A stretch of 64,000 nucleotides of DNA from Myxococcota bacterium. GTDB lineage: Bacteria > Myxococcota_A > UBA9160 > JAFDDA01. Below, piece after piece: positions 27,698 to 37,603 of the stretch (its first letter is position 1; each line of letters begins with the position of its first letter). The stretch spans positions 384,001 through 448,000 of the forward strand of contig OZ245817.1 in the NCBI GenBank assembly GCA_965228475.1, in the 5' to 3' direction. The position numbers were made by a program, and so were the translations under genes. The notes beneath the pieces are model-generated. The model made no database searches, was not told the origin of the DNA, and was given only the letters and a program-made list of their open reading frames with translations.

Positions 27698-28063
27698 CTA
27701 CCCCATCATCGCGGTCGCTCGCGAGCGGCTTCGTGCGAGCTCGGCCGGCCGGCGAGGCGAACGAAGGCTACGCGGCATCGGCTCGCGGGTGTCGTGCTGC
27801 CGGGCCACTTCGCGAACCGCGGATTCGAGCAGGCGGGCCGCGCGGGTGACGGCGTCGAACCGATCGCCCGCCACGGCGCCGGAGGAGATCTCGCCCAGCG
27901 CAGCGCAAGAAGCCCGCATCGCGCAGTACACGACGCCGGGCGCGTCCTCGACCAGGTGGACCTCGAGCCCCCCGAGGTCGTACCAGGGGTGCCACACCGC
28001 GAACTCGATGTGGGTGCGGGCGAAGCGCGCGATCTCGGTGTCGGCGTCGAGCTGGATCTGCAT
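27698..28063 (-). CDS. Small protein, divergent HPF/RaiA (S30AE)-like
   Basis: MQIQL start and C-terminal GDRFDAVTRAARLLESAVRE resemble HPF helix 2; GGAGGA RBS. Confidence 0.5.
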   Translation of the reverse strand: MQIQLDADTEIARFARTHIEFAVWHPWYDLGGLEVHLVEDAPGVVYCAMRASCAALGEISSGAVAGDRFDAVTRAARLLESAVREVARQHDTREPMPRSLRSPRRPAELARSRSRATAMMG

Positions 28064-28209
28064 GGGGCCGGTTCCTCCTGCCCTCCACTACGTCCCGGTT
28101 CCGACTCGGGTTTCATGAAATCGCGTGCGCCACGCTGCAGCGAGTGTTGCGCGCAACTCTTGCGAAAGCAGGCGAGCGATCGGATCTTGCCCGTGGCGCT
28201 ACGGGCGGC

Positions 28210-29208
28210 TCAGGGGCAGGTCGTGTTGCCGTTGCAGAGGTTCGAGCCGAGCTCCACGCCGCCCGTGACCGTGCTCTGGGTGGGCGCGGCCCTGATCATG
28301 TTGCGACCGTAGGCCGCACTGAGGTTGGCCCCGAAGTCGAGCTGGGCCCCACCGTTGATGGCGAGAACTGAATCGACGACGAGCGCGCGTCCGATCTCGC
28401 CCGTGAGCTCGACGCCGTCGAGCTGGTTGAACTCGGCCCGCGTCGCATCGACCAGGCAGGTGCCGGAACAGGTGATGCCGTTGCCGTCGTTGTTGGAGGC
28501 GACCGAATTCACGATCGTCGCCGTTTCCGCTGCGATTCCACCCATCTGGTTGAAACGGCTCGACGTCCCGGAAACCGAGAGGGTGCTGACCGAAGTGACG
28601 CCCGCCCCTCCATTGAAGTGCGAGGCACTGCCCTCGACGGCACTCTCGAGCGCCTGGAAGGAAAGTCCGTGGCGACGGCAGTCCGTGACCCGTAGGTTCC
28701 GGACCGTCGCCGAGCGACTGGCCGAGAGGGCGATTCCGTCGTTCTGACAGCTCGCGACCTGGCCATCATGAACATCGACCGTTCGAACGCCGGCTCCGGA
28801 CGACCGGATGCAATCGAAGGCCGCCGTGCCGCCTTGTCCGCGAACCGTGAAGCCGTTGAGGTCCAACACGACGGAGACTCCGGTGATCTCGATCCCGTGG
28901 GTGCCGGCCGGGAGGAGCAGGTTTCCCGTGAGCTGGTAGCTACCACTCGTGGAGATCGTGACCGGATAGCCGGCAGCGTCCCCGGCAAAGCAGCCGGTCG
29001 CCGCGCAGGCCTCATTGATCTCGAGCGTTCCGTCGAGTGCGTGTCCGCGGCCGGCAAGGACCAAGGTGAGAGAGAGGACGAGGAAGGCGTTGAAGGCGCG
29101 CACGGTCCGGCTTTCCGGCCCGGCTGCGGCAGGTAGGGGGGCAGCGCCGATCCTGCCGGACCGCTCTGGGACCGGGCGCCACTGGCGAGACCCTCCAGGG
29201 GGCGCCAT
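28210..29208 (-). CDS. Secreted right-handed beta-helix protein with Cys-capped N-terminus
   Basis: DGTLEINEAC..GCFAGD..GYPVTI..GSYQLTGNL, LDLNGFTVRG, NxxxGI repeats, C-terminal NLCNGNTTCP. ATG 29208 has TACTAT-N6 upstream; GTG 29103 gives a cleaner signal peptide. Confidence 0.8.
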   Translation of the reverse strand: MAPPGGSRQWRPVPERSGRIGAAPLPAAAGPESRTVRAFNAFLVLSLTLVLAGRGHALDGTLEINEACAATGCFAGDAAGYPVTISTSGSYQLTGNLLLPAGTHGIEITGVSVVLDLNGFTVRGQGGTAAFDCIRSSGAGVRTVDVHDGQVASCQNDGIALSASRSATVRNLRVTDCRRHGLSFQALESAVEGSASHFNGGAGVTSVSTLSVSGTSSRFNQMGGIAAETATIVNSVASNNDGNGITCSGTCLVDATRAEFNQLDGVELTGEIGRALVVDSVLAINGGAQLDFGANLSAAYGRNMIRAAPTQSTVTGGVELGSNLCNGNTTCP

Positions 29209-29288
29209 GGCTTCATAGTACGGGGCGCGGGCGTCCCTGAGCGGGTTTTGTTCCTCGCTCTGTCCGTTCCCCGGTAGAATCGGAACGC

Positions 29289-32200
29289 ATGCCGGCCTGC
29301 GTCACCTGCGAGTTCGAGAACCGCGAGACGGCAAAGTTCTGCGGAGGGTGCGGCCAGTCCCTCATGACGCCCCGCGTCTGCATCGCGTGCGGGCAGGAAA
29401 ACGCCAGCGGTCAGCGTTTTTGCGACGAGTGCGGAGCGGCTTTGGATGCGCCGCAATCGCCGGCGCCCGCCGCCGCCGCCGCGGGTGAGCCCGAGATGCT
29501 GGCGGGCGGTCGCTACGAACTCCTCCGATTCCTGGGAGAGGGGGCGAAGAAGCGGGTCCATCTGGCCCGCGACACCCGTCTGGATCGCGAGGTCGCGATC
29601 GCATTCATCAAGAGCGAAGGCCTCGATCTGGTTCGCGTCCGCCGTGAAGCCGAGTCGATGGGGCGCCTCGGCGATCATCCCCACATCGTCACCGTGCACG
29701 ACGTCGCCGAGGAAGGCGGACGGGTGTATCTCGTCTGTCAGTACATGGCGGGGGGCGACCTCGAGCGGCGGCTCGACGAAGCGGAGGGGCACCGGCTCCC
29801 GGTCGAGGAAGCGCTCTCGGTGACCGAGCAACTATGCGCCGCGCTCGAGCACGCACACGGACACGGCATCGTTCACCGTGATTTGAAACCGGAGAACATC
29901 TGGCTCTCGAAGAACGGCACCGTTCAGCTCGGCGACTTCGGCCTGGCCGTTGCACTCGATCGGACGCGCGTCACCCAGGAAGGCTCGATGGTCGGGACTG
30001 CCGCGTACATGCCGCCCGAGCAGGCCGTCGGTGGCGACGTGACGGCGAGTTCCGATCTCTATTCGCTAGGCGCGGTGCTCTACGAGATGCTCGTCGGGCG
30101 GCCGCCCTTCGTCGGCGACGACATGGTGGCGGTGATCAGCCAGCAGTTGAATACGCGGCCGGTCGCGCCTTCGTGGCACAACCCCGACGTGCGCCCCGAA
30201 CTCGAAGCCCTGGTCCTCGAGCTGCTCGAGAAGACGCCCGGCTCCCGGCCGCCCGATGCGGCGACGGTCCGGGACCGGATCCAGGCGGTCCGCGATGCTC
30301 CCGAGATTCCCCAGGCGGCTCGTCCGGCCCCGGCGCCCGGCCGAAGCGCACCCCAAGCCTTCGTCGGGCGTACCCTCGAACTCGACCGCCTGAACCGAGC
30401 GGTCGACGAGGCGCTCGGTGGGCACGGCTCCCTCGTCATGCTGGCCGGCGAGCCGGGCATCGGCAAGACGCGCCTCGCCCAGCGTGCCGGCGAGTACGGC
30501 GGCCTGCGGGGGGCGCAGATGCTGCTCGGACAGTGTCACGAAACGCAGGGTGGCGTTCCGTACCTCCCATTCATCGAAGCGATCCGGCAACACGTGCAGG
30601 TCCGCGCGGACGAAGACCTGCGCGACCAACTCGGGAGCGTCGGGCCTGCGGTGGCGCGGGTCGTCTCCGAGGTGACGACTCGCCTGGAGATCGAGCCCGC
30701 GCCGGCGGGCGACCCCGAATCCGATCGCCAGAAGATCTTCGACGGTATCGCGACCTTCCTCGTGAACGTCTCCAAGGCCGACCCGGTGATCCTGGTGCTC
30801 GACGATCTCCACTGGGCGGACCGCCCGACCCTGATGCTGCTTCAGCACCTGGCCCGGCGCCTCGCCGGGAGTCGCGTGTTGGTGATCGGAACCTATCGGG
30901 ACATGGAACTCGACCGGCGTCACCCGCTCTCGGAGGCACTCGGGAGCCTGCGCCGCGACCCGGGCTTCGAGCGCATCCTGATGCGCGGGCTGACCGCGGA
31001 GGACGTCTTCGCGCTCTTCCAGGCGCAAGCGCAGGGCGCCCGGATCGGTGACGCGGAACAGGCCGCGCAGCTCGCGGCGGCCGTCCACCGCGAGACCGAG
31101 GGCAACCCGTTCTTCATCGGGTCGGTGCTTCAGCATCTCATCGAGAGTGGCGCCGTCTTCGAGCGCGACGGGAAGTGGACCGCCGAGGTCAGCATCGACC
31201 GGATGGGAATTCCCGAGGGCGTGCGCGAGGCGGTCGGCCGCCGCCTGTCCGCACTCTCCGATCCGTGCGGCCAGGCGCTCTCCGATGCGGCGGTGCTCGG
31301 CCGCACGTTCGCCTTCGAAGCGCTTCGCCAGATGTCCGGCATGGATGACGATGCCCTGCTCGACGCGATCGACGAGGCCATCGAGAAGCATCTCGTCGAA
31401 GAGTACGAGCGCGGAGGCGCCGCCCACTATCGCTTCGTTCACGCGTTGGTTCGACAGACCCTGTACGACGAGCTCTCGCTCCCGCGTAAACAGCGAGCGC
31501 ATCTCCGCGCCGGGGAGGCGCTCGAGGCCGCCTACGCGAACAAGATCGACTCCAACGTCACCGAGATCGCGATGCACTATCGAACGGCCGGCGCTGCGGC
31601 GGATTCGGGCAAGGTGCGCGACTACGCCGTCCGCGCAGGGCGCGCAGCGTCGCGCGCCGTGGCCTGGGAGGAAGCGATCACCCATTGGCAGTCGGCTCTC
31701 GACGCCTGGGGAGAAGAAGACCCGGCCGGTCGGGCGGCGCTCCTCGAGCGGATCGCCGAGGCCTACTACACCTCCGGCCTCGACCACGCCGCAGGAATCG
31801 CGGCCTGTGAGGAAGCCCTGCGAATCCAGAGGGAACTGGGGGACGAGATCGGCGAGGCGCGGATCCACGCGCGGATCGGCCGTGCGCTGGGAGGGCTGCC
31901 CGCAGACCTCGCGAACATTCCCAGGGCCATCGAGCACTGCACCCGCGGCCTGGAGATCTTCGAACGGCGGGGCGAGCTGATCCCGATGGCGGTGACGCTG
32001 ATCGCCAGAGCAACGGCATTGGGCATGGGAGGGCGGCTCGAGGAAGCGAGCGCCGACCTCGAGCGAACGCAGGGGATCCTCGACGAGGTGGGGGTCGAGG
32101 CCTTGCAAGCGGGTGCCGACCTGATCGCGAATCTCGTGGCGCAGCCGGCCGGGCACTTTGCGTTGGCCGATGCGAAGGCGCGGAGCGCATTGGAGATCGC

Positions 32201-33659
32201 GGAACGCCAGGGACTGCGCTTCGTGACCACGCTCGCCAGCGCGTGCCAGGCAGTCTACTGGCGATTCCTCGATCCAGGCCCGAGCCTCGTCATCTTCGAG
32301 AAGGCCCTGGCAGAAGTAGGCACCGCGCAGGCGCCTTTCCAACGCGAGATCCTGACGAACACCCGCGCTTCGGCGTTGGTCCTGGCCGGGCGCCTGGAGG
32401 AGGCGCAAGAGGCTCTCGAGCAGGCCCCGACCCGCTGGATGAACACGGACTTCGTGCAGTTCTTCTTCGACTGGGATCTCGCGGCGGCGACCTCCGCCGC
32501 CAAGTTCGAGGACATGGAGGCCCGCGGGGTGCACGTGCTCGCCACCTCGCACTACGACATTCGCGCCCGGATCCGCGACGTGAAGGGCGACGACGAGGGC
32601 GCACGCGCGGCATACCTCGAGGTCATCGAGTACGCCGAGCCGCTCGGGTTCGTCGAGCAGCTCGACCGGCCCCGGATGGCGCTCGCCGTCCTCGAAGCCC
32701 GCTGCGGAAACCTCGAAGCCGCGGAGGAACACCTGGCGCGGGCCCGCGAACTGATCGAGGGGCCCGAGGACTATCGTGGCATGGTCGGCGTCTTCGAGCG
32801 GGCCCAGGGTGCCGTGGCCGCTGCCCGCGGCGATTGGAACGTCGCGCGCGGCGCCTTCGAGCGTTCGATCGAGATCCTGGACCGCTTCGGCGTTCCCTTC
32901 GAAGAGGCGGAGACGAACTTCGTCTGGGGCAATGTGCTCGCGAGGCGCGGCGATCGCCGCGGAGCGCTCGAACGGCTCGACCGTGCGCTCGAGATCTACC
33001 GCCGAATCGGCGCCGCGTCACAGTGGCTCGAGCGGGCCCTCGCCGCGAAGATGCGCGCGCAAGGCAGTCAGTCCACCGATGCCAAGGCAACCATCGCCGT
33101 CGTGGCGGCCTCGGTCGAGGCCAAGCGGCCGAGTATGTCGATCGCGGCCGGGTCCGACGGCACGGTCACCCTCATGTTCAGCGACATGCACGACTACACG
33201 GGCATGATGGAGCGGCTGGGCGATCGCGATGCGCTTCGCGTGGTCGAGGACCACAACCGCATCGTCCGGACCCAGTGTGATGCGCACGGAGGCTTCGAGG
33301 TGGAGCTGCGCGGCGACGGCTTCCTCGTCGCTTTTCCGACGCCGGCGGCGGGTGTCCGCTGCGCCATCGCGCTACATCGGGCCTTCGATGCCTACAACCG
33401 GGGCAACCCGGCCCAGCCCATCCGCATCCGGATCGGGCTCCATGCGGGCGAGGCGATCCGCGACGAGGACAAGTTCTTCGGCAAGACCGTGATTCACGCC
33501 TTCCGGATCGCGGACATGGCGGCCCGCGACGAGATCCTCGTCTCCGGCGAAGTCCAGTCGCAGGTGGCGCAGGAGGGCTTCCGCTTCAGTCGCGAGCGCG
33601 ACGTGGCGTTGAAAGGCTTCTCGGGCAAGCACTCCATCGCCTGCATCGAGTGGGAGTAG
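29289..33659 (+). CDS. Double Zn-ribbon / Ser-Thr kinase / STAND AAA ATPase / TPR / class III nucleotide cyclase
   Basis: 4x Cxx[44 protein letters not shown]; helical repeats; LMFSD...GDGF...RIGLHAGE...FGKTV. Confidence 0.93.
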   Translation: MPACVTCEFENRETAKFCGGCGQSLMTPRVCIACGQENASGQRFCDECGAALDAPQSPAPAAAAAGEPEMLAGGRYELLRFLGEGAKKRVHLARDTRLDREVAIAFIKSEGLDLVRVRREAESMGRLGDHPHIVTVHDVAEEGGRVYLVCQYMAGGDLERRLDEAEGHRLPVEEALSVTEQLCAALEHAHGHGIVHRDLKPENIWLSKNGTVQLGDFGLAVALDRTRVTQEGSMVGTAAYMPPEQAVGGDVTASSDLYSLGAVLYEMLVGRPPFVGDDMVAVISQQLNTRPVAPSWHNPDVRPELEALVLELLEKTPGSRPPDAATVRDRIQAVRDAPEIPQAARPAPAPGRSAPQAFVGRTLELDRLNRAVDEALGGHGSLVMLAGEPGIGKTRLAQRAGEYGGLRGAQMLLGQCHETQGGVPYLPFIEAIRQHVQVRADEDLRDQLGSVGPAVARVVSEVTTRLEIEPAPAGDPESDRQKIFDGIATFLVNVSKADPVILVLDDLHWADRPTLMLLQHLARRLAGSRVLVIGTYRDMELDRRHPLSEALGSLRRDPGFERILMRGLTAEDVFALFQAQAQGARIGDAEQAAQLAAAVHRETEGNPFFIGSVLQHLIESGAVFERDGKWTAEVSIDRMGIPEGVREAVGRRLSALSDPCGQALSDAAVLGRTFAFEALRQMSGMDDDALLDAIDEAIEKHLVEEYERGGAAHYRFVHALVRQTLYDELSLPRKQRAHLRAGEALEAAYANKIDSNVTEIAMHYRTAGAAADSGKVRDYAVRAGRAASRAVAWEEAITHWQSALDAWGEEDPAGRAALLERIAEAYYTSGLDHAAGIAACEEALRIQRELGDEIGEARIHARIGRALGGLPADLANIPRAIEHCTRGLEIFERRGELIPMAVTLIARATALGMGGRLEEASADLERTQGILDEVGVEALQAGADLIANLVAQPAGHFALADAKARSALEIAERQGLRFVTTLASACQAVYWRFLDPGPSLVIFEKALAEVGTAQAPFQREILTNTRASALVLAGRLEEAQEALEQAPTRWMNTDFVQFFFDWDLAAATSAAKFEDMEARGVHVLATSHYDIRARIRDVKGDDEGARAAYLEVIEYAEPLGFVEQLDRPRMALAVLEARCGNLEAAEEHLARARELIEGPEDYRGMVGVFERAQGAVAAARGDWNVARGAFERSIEILDRFGVPFEEAETNFVWGNVLARRGDRRGALERLDRALEIYRRIGAASQWLERALAAKMRAQGSQSTDAKATIAVVAASVEAKRPSMSIAAGSDGTVTLMFSDMHDYTGMMERLGDRDALRVVEDHNRIVRTQCDAHGGFEVELRGDGFLVAFPTPAAGVRCAIALHRAFDAYNRGNPAQPIRIRIGLHAGEAIRDEDKFFGKTVIHAFRIADMAARDEILVSGEVQSQVAQEGFRFSRERDVALKGFSGKHSIACIEWE

Positions 33660-33668
33660 GGCGCAGTC

Positions 33669-34775
33669 TCATCCGCTCTGCAGCAGGCGGTAGCAGAGCA
33701 TCTTCGAAACGTTGAGGAGGAGCTGCGCCGCGACCTCCGAATCGCTGGCGATGGCCTTGCGCAGCGTTCCCTCGCTCAGGCTGAGGATGCGCCCCTCGGT
33801 GGCCGCGTCGACGTCGGCGGAGCGTGGCCGTTCGAGGAGGAAGGCCATCTCACCGAAGACATCGCCCGGTGAGAATACGCGCACGAGCTCGCCATTCACC
33901 CGCACCTCGAAAGTGCCTTCAAGCACCACGAACATGTTGCGGGCCACGCCGCCCTGTTTCAGGACGCGATCGCCGGGAGCGCAGCGGATGATGTTGCTCT
34001 TGCCCAGAACGCGCTCCGCTTCCTCCTCCGAGAGCCCGTCGAGGGCCGAGAGTCGATTCTCGGCCAGCTCGTCCAGCGAATCCTGGACTTCGTCGAGGTA
34101 GCGATCCGGGTTGCTCAGGCGCTGGCTCACGACGCCGCTCGCGTCGATCAAGCGCTCCACGCAGGTGGGGATACGGGCATCGTCACCATGATCTTTCGTG
34201 ACGGCTGCCATTGGTGAGCCGATCCGCCGCAGATACTCGACGTCCTCGACGACCGTGACGATCGGGATCAGATAGCCCGATTCGGCGCTGTTGATGTGCT
34301 TCTTTGCGAACGTGCGGCTGCCCTGGCTCATGTACAGGCCGAGCAGGTGCGGCTCGCAGGCGCCGAAGATGAGTTGGATCCGCTCGCCCTGGATGAAGCT
34401 GGATGACTCCTGGCCGAGGCTGAAGAAGACGTCGCTACCGCGCAGGGCGGGTGTCACCATGCCGCGCTCGCCGACGGCGAGGGTTTCGGGCGGCAGCTCC
34501 TCCAGGAAGGGCGCGAGCTGGTAGTGGTCGATCAGTCGCTCGGTGAAGGGCGCGTCGCCGCCCCAGCTCATGCGTTGAGTTGCCACGACCGCTCCATCCT
34601 GCGCCGCGTACCAGATCCGGGCCGTCTCGTCTTCGGGCTCGACGAGACGCTGATTCTCGTGGTCGGCCGCCTCGCCGTAGCGCCCCATCTCCTCGACGTA
34701 GACGTCGTATCGGAAGCGGTAGACCGCCTCCTTCTCCTCCTCGGTCGTGGCCAGATGGAATCCGTCTCGAAGCAT
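33669..34775 (-). CDS. FeeM/LuxI-like GNAT acyltransferase fused to a C-terminal cNMP-binding domain
   Basis: ATTEEEKEAVYRFRYDVYVEEMG is typical of N-acyl amino acid/AHL synthase N-termini; MFVVLEG, PGDVFGEMAFLLERPRSADV phosphate-binding cassette. Confidence 0.82.
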   Translation of the reverse strand: MLRDGFHLATTEEEKEAVYRFRYDVYVEEMGRYGEAADHENQRLVEPEDETARIWYAAQDGAVVATQRMSWGGDAPFTERLIDHYQLAPFLEELPPETLAVGERGMVTPALRGSDVFFSLGQESSSFIQGERIQLIFGACEPHLLGLYMSQGSRTFAKKHINSAESGYLIPIVTVVEDVEYLRRIGSPMAAVTKDHGDDARIPTCVERLIDASGVVSQRLSNPDRYLDEVQDSLDELAENRLSALDGLSEEEAERVLGKSNIIRCAPGDRVLKQGGVARNMFVVLEGTFEVRVNGELVRVFSPGDVFGEMAFLLERPRSADVDAATEGRILSLSEGTLRKAIASDSEVAAQLLLNVSKMLCYRLLQSG

Positions 34776-34977
34776 CGCGCCCGACGAGAGTGCCTCGGCG
34801 GCGGGCCGCGTGTCCAGAGCGAATGCTGCTCGGTGTCGAGTGTTGTGCGGGTCCTTGGAGGCGACGCCGAGAGGGCTGAAACGCGAAAATCGCCGCGGAG
34901 AGGTGGGGAGGGAGGAACCCTCGAGCCCGGGCGGCGTCTTACCCAGGTGGCCGGGCGGTTCCCGGACGGAGCGTGGC

Positions 34978-36423
34978 ATGGGTTGGAGTTTCAGGCGTGG
35001 GGCCGCGGTGGCGGCGGGGCTGGTGATCGGAGTGCTGGCGTGCGGCAGCGAGGGCGCCAGCGACACCCCCGCGGCCGCCGGGGGCGGCGTCGAAGCTTCG
35101 GCTGCGGACGTTCGCCCGACCTCGCCCGAGGCGCTACGTGCGAAGCTCCCGAAGGCCCGGCCGCGGGTCTTTGCCGAGGCGCCCGCCGTTCCGAGCGGCC
35201 CGCTCGCGCCGGAGGTGGCCGCCGCCGTCGCGACCGCCTTCGGAGACAACCTCGCGAGCGGCGCCTGGGGGGAGGAGGAGGTCGAAGCCCTGCGCGCGAT
35301 GGCCGGTTCGGGCGATCCGCGCCTCGCCTGGATCGTGGCCGACTTCATGCGGATCGTGCGCGACGCCACGCTCCAGGGCCTGCTCGCCGCCGCCGCGAGC
35401 CAGCTGCTCGGCGTCGACGTCGCGGCCGGCAGTCCGTGGAGCGACACGACGGATCACCTGATCGCCTGGGACGTGCCCGCACCGCCCGGCTACCTGGCCG
35501 TGAAGCGCCGCATCTACACGCTCATCGTCCCCGAATGGGAGCGGCTGTTCGTCGAGGGCGACATCGATTGGCGTCACGTCTCCTGGGGCGGGGTCCGCAT
35601 CGACGACCGCCCCTTCGGGACGACGGACCAGCCCTGCAACTGCATCCCCGCCGCGGACGATCCCCCGGTGACCTCCGCGGCCGAGGCGGCCTGGCTCGCC
35701 GACGACGACATCGTGTTCGGGATCGTCTTGAACGGCGAAGCGCGCGCCTACCCGCGCCGCATCATGGAAGTGCGCGAGATGGTGAACGACACCCTCGGCG
35801 GCCGGCACCTCGGCATCCCCTACTGCACGCTTTGCGGCTCCGCCCAGGCCTACCTGACCGACGACGTCCCCGAAGGCGTCGCGCGGCCGGTGCTGCGGAC
35901 CTCGGGCCTGCTGATCCGATCGAACAAGGTGATGTACGACCTGAACACGTACTCGGTGCTCGACACCTTCCGCGGGTTCGCCGCGACGGGGCCGCTCGCC
36001 GAGCGCGGGGTCAAGCTCCGCCAGGCCGGCGTGGTCACCACGACCTGGGGCAAGTGGAAGGCCGCCCATCCCGAGACGACCGTCCTGGCGGAGCGGCTCG
36101 CCCTCGGGCGCGACTTCGACTTCCGCAACACCCGCGACGCGAACGGCCCGATCTTCCCGATCGGCGACGCGGACCCGCGGCTTCCCGTGCAAGAAGACGT
36201 GCTCGGCGTGATCACCGCCTCGGGGAAGCCCGTGGCGTTCCACATCGAGACGGCGAGGGCCGCGCTCGAGCGGGGCGAGACCGTCGCCTTCGAGAACGTC
36301 CGGTTGGCGCTCGACGGCAGCGGCGTCCGCGCGCTCGGCGCCGAGGGCGAGGACCTCGGCGGCCACCAGGCCTTCTGGTTCGCGTGGTCCCAGTTCCATC
36401 CCGGGACGGCGCTCTGGCCGTAG
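34978..36423 (+). CDS. DUF3179-family lipoprotein
   Basis: Lipobox VLAC; IPAADDP, WLADDDIVFG..NGEARAYP, EMVNDTLGG, YCTLCGS, TSGLLIRSNKVMYD, FWFAWSQFHPGT; Cys codons, no in-frame TGA. Confidence 0.85.
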   Translation: MGWSFRRGAAVAAGLVIGVLACGSEGASDTPAAAGGGVEASAADVRPTSPEALRAKLPKARPRVFAEAPAVPSGPLAPEVAAAVATAFGDNLASGAWGEEEVEALRAMAGSGDPRLAWIVADFMRIVRDATLQGLLAAAASQLLGVDVAAGSPWSDTTDHLIAWDVPAPPGYLAVKRRIYTLIVPEWERLFVEGDIDWRHVSWGGVRIDDRPFGTTDQPCNCIPAADDPPVTSAAEAAWLADDDIVFGIVLNGEARAYPRRIMEVREMVNDTLGGRHLGIPYCTLCGSAQAYLTDDVPEGVARPVLRTSGLLIRSNKVMYDLNTYSVLDTFRGFAATGPLAERGVKLRQAGVVTTTWGKWKAAHPETTVLAERLALGRDFDFRNTRDANGPIFPIGDADPRLPVQEDVLGVITASGKPVAFHIETARAALERGETVAFENVRLALDGSGVRALGAEGEDLGGHQAFWFAWSQFHPGTALWP

Positions 36424-36482
36424 GCCGCTTTCGTCACACTTTCCGGTGAAACGCTGCGGGCGGCCGAAGACTCCAACCGGCC

Positions 36483-36911
36483 ATGGATGCAGCGGGCGTC
36501 ACGGGGTTGCAGCGGCTGGCCGAAGCCGGTCTCGGGTTCTCGGCCCTGGTCTACGCGGGAGCGGTGCTGGCGGATCTCGCCGAACACTTCCGACTCGAGC
36601 GCCGCACCTCCGGACGCTGGTTCGGCTGGCGTGCGGTGACGCCCGGGGAGACCGCCGTTCATCTGGCGATCGGATCGCTGCTGTTCGGTCTCTTCTGGCT
36701 CGCGCGTCCGCTCCCCGCGGCACCCGTCCTGCGCGACGTCTTCGTCGTGGCCGCTCCGCTCGGAATCCTCGCGCTCGGCTGGCTCGACGAGCTCGGTTTC
36801 CATCGCCGCCGGGTCGAGCACCGCGAGCACCTGATGCACACCACGAGCCACCTGGCGCTCGGTTCGTGCGTGGTCTTCCTGCTCTGGGCGAGGGTCTACC
36901 CGTGGCCGTGA
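36483..36911 (+). CDS. Hypothetical 4-TM membrane protein, His/Glu-rich
   Basis: Four hydrophobic segments; DLAEHFR, ETAVH, DELGFHRRR, EHLMH; coupled by GTGA to the next gene. Confidence 0.6.
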   Translation: MDAAGVTGLQRLAEAGLGFSALVYAGAVLADLAEHFRLERRTSGRWFGWRAVTPGETAVHLAIGSLLFGLFWLARPLPAAPVLRDVFVVAAPLGILALGWLDELGFHRRRVEHREHLMHTTSHLALGSCVVFLLWARVYPWP

Positions 36912-37558
36912 CGCCCAGGCCCGTCGTCTGGGTCCTGGCCGCGCTGCTCGTGGCACCGCTTGCGCACGGGCAGCAGGACCAATCGAACTGGGAGTTCCTC
37001 GAAGAGAAAGCCGGCGTGCGCGTCGAGCGCTCGCCGGCCAAGGCGGGCCAGGTCGCCTATCGCGCCACCGCGCGCATCGAACAGCCCGCCGACGCCGTTC
37101 GCGAGGTCTTGAAGGACCTCGAGCGCTTCCCCGAGTGGGCCGACCGGCTGCACACCTGGGAGGTCCTGGCCCGCGAAGGCGATGCGACGCTCGTCTACGG
37201 GCGCCACGACGTCCCCTGGCCGATCGCGGACCGCGACTACGTCGTTCGCTATCGCTGCGGCGGTGGCGACGACGCCTTCTTTCTCGAAGCCCGCTCGGTC
37301 GAGTCTTCCGAACGTCCCGTCCCGGAAGGCGTGGTGCGCATCGCGGACCTCCATACGCTCTGGGAGGTGACCCCGGCGCCCGAACCCTCCGCCTCCGTCG
37401 TCCGGTACACGTACCGTGGCGGTCTCGGGGGCCGCGTGCCGGAATGGGTGCAGGAACTCGTGCGGGGCGGCTCGATGCGGAGCTCCTTCGAGCGGCTCGA
37501 GGCCCGGGTCGCGGCGGTTCGACAGCCGGAGGCCGGTCCATCCCGCCCTTCCCGATAG
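36908..37558 (+). CDS. Secreted START-domain lipid-binding protein
   Basis: Signal peptide; WEFLEEKAGVRV, FPEW, PWPIADRDYV, GVVRI, GGRVPEW. Confidence 0.85.
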   Translation: MTPRPVVWVLAALLVAPLAHGQQDQSNWEFLEEKAGVRVERSPAKAGQVAYRATARIEQPADAVREVLKDLERFPEWADRLHTWEVLAREGDATLVYGRHDVPWPIADRDYVVRYRCGGGDDAFFLEARSVESSERPVPEGVVRIADLHTLWEVTPAPEPSASVVRYTYRGGLGGRVPEWVQELVRGGSMRSSFERLEARVAAVRQPEAGPSRPSR

Positions 37559-37577
37559 CTGGCTGCCGTTGCAAGTG

Positions 37578-37594
37578 GCTTGTCAACTGAATAA
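37578..37594. promoter_or_regulatory. Putative TetR operator GCTTGTCAACTGAATAA
   Basis: 16/17 identical to the reverse complement of 39312-39328; overlaps the tetR -10 (TAACAT 37592-37597). Confidence 0.8.
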
Positions 37595-37603
37595 CATGCC
37601 CTC

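Noticed and set aside
34978..36423. Selenoprotein form of DUF3179
   Set aside because: The CxxC is encoded by TGC codons and there is no in-frame TGA
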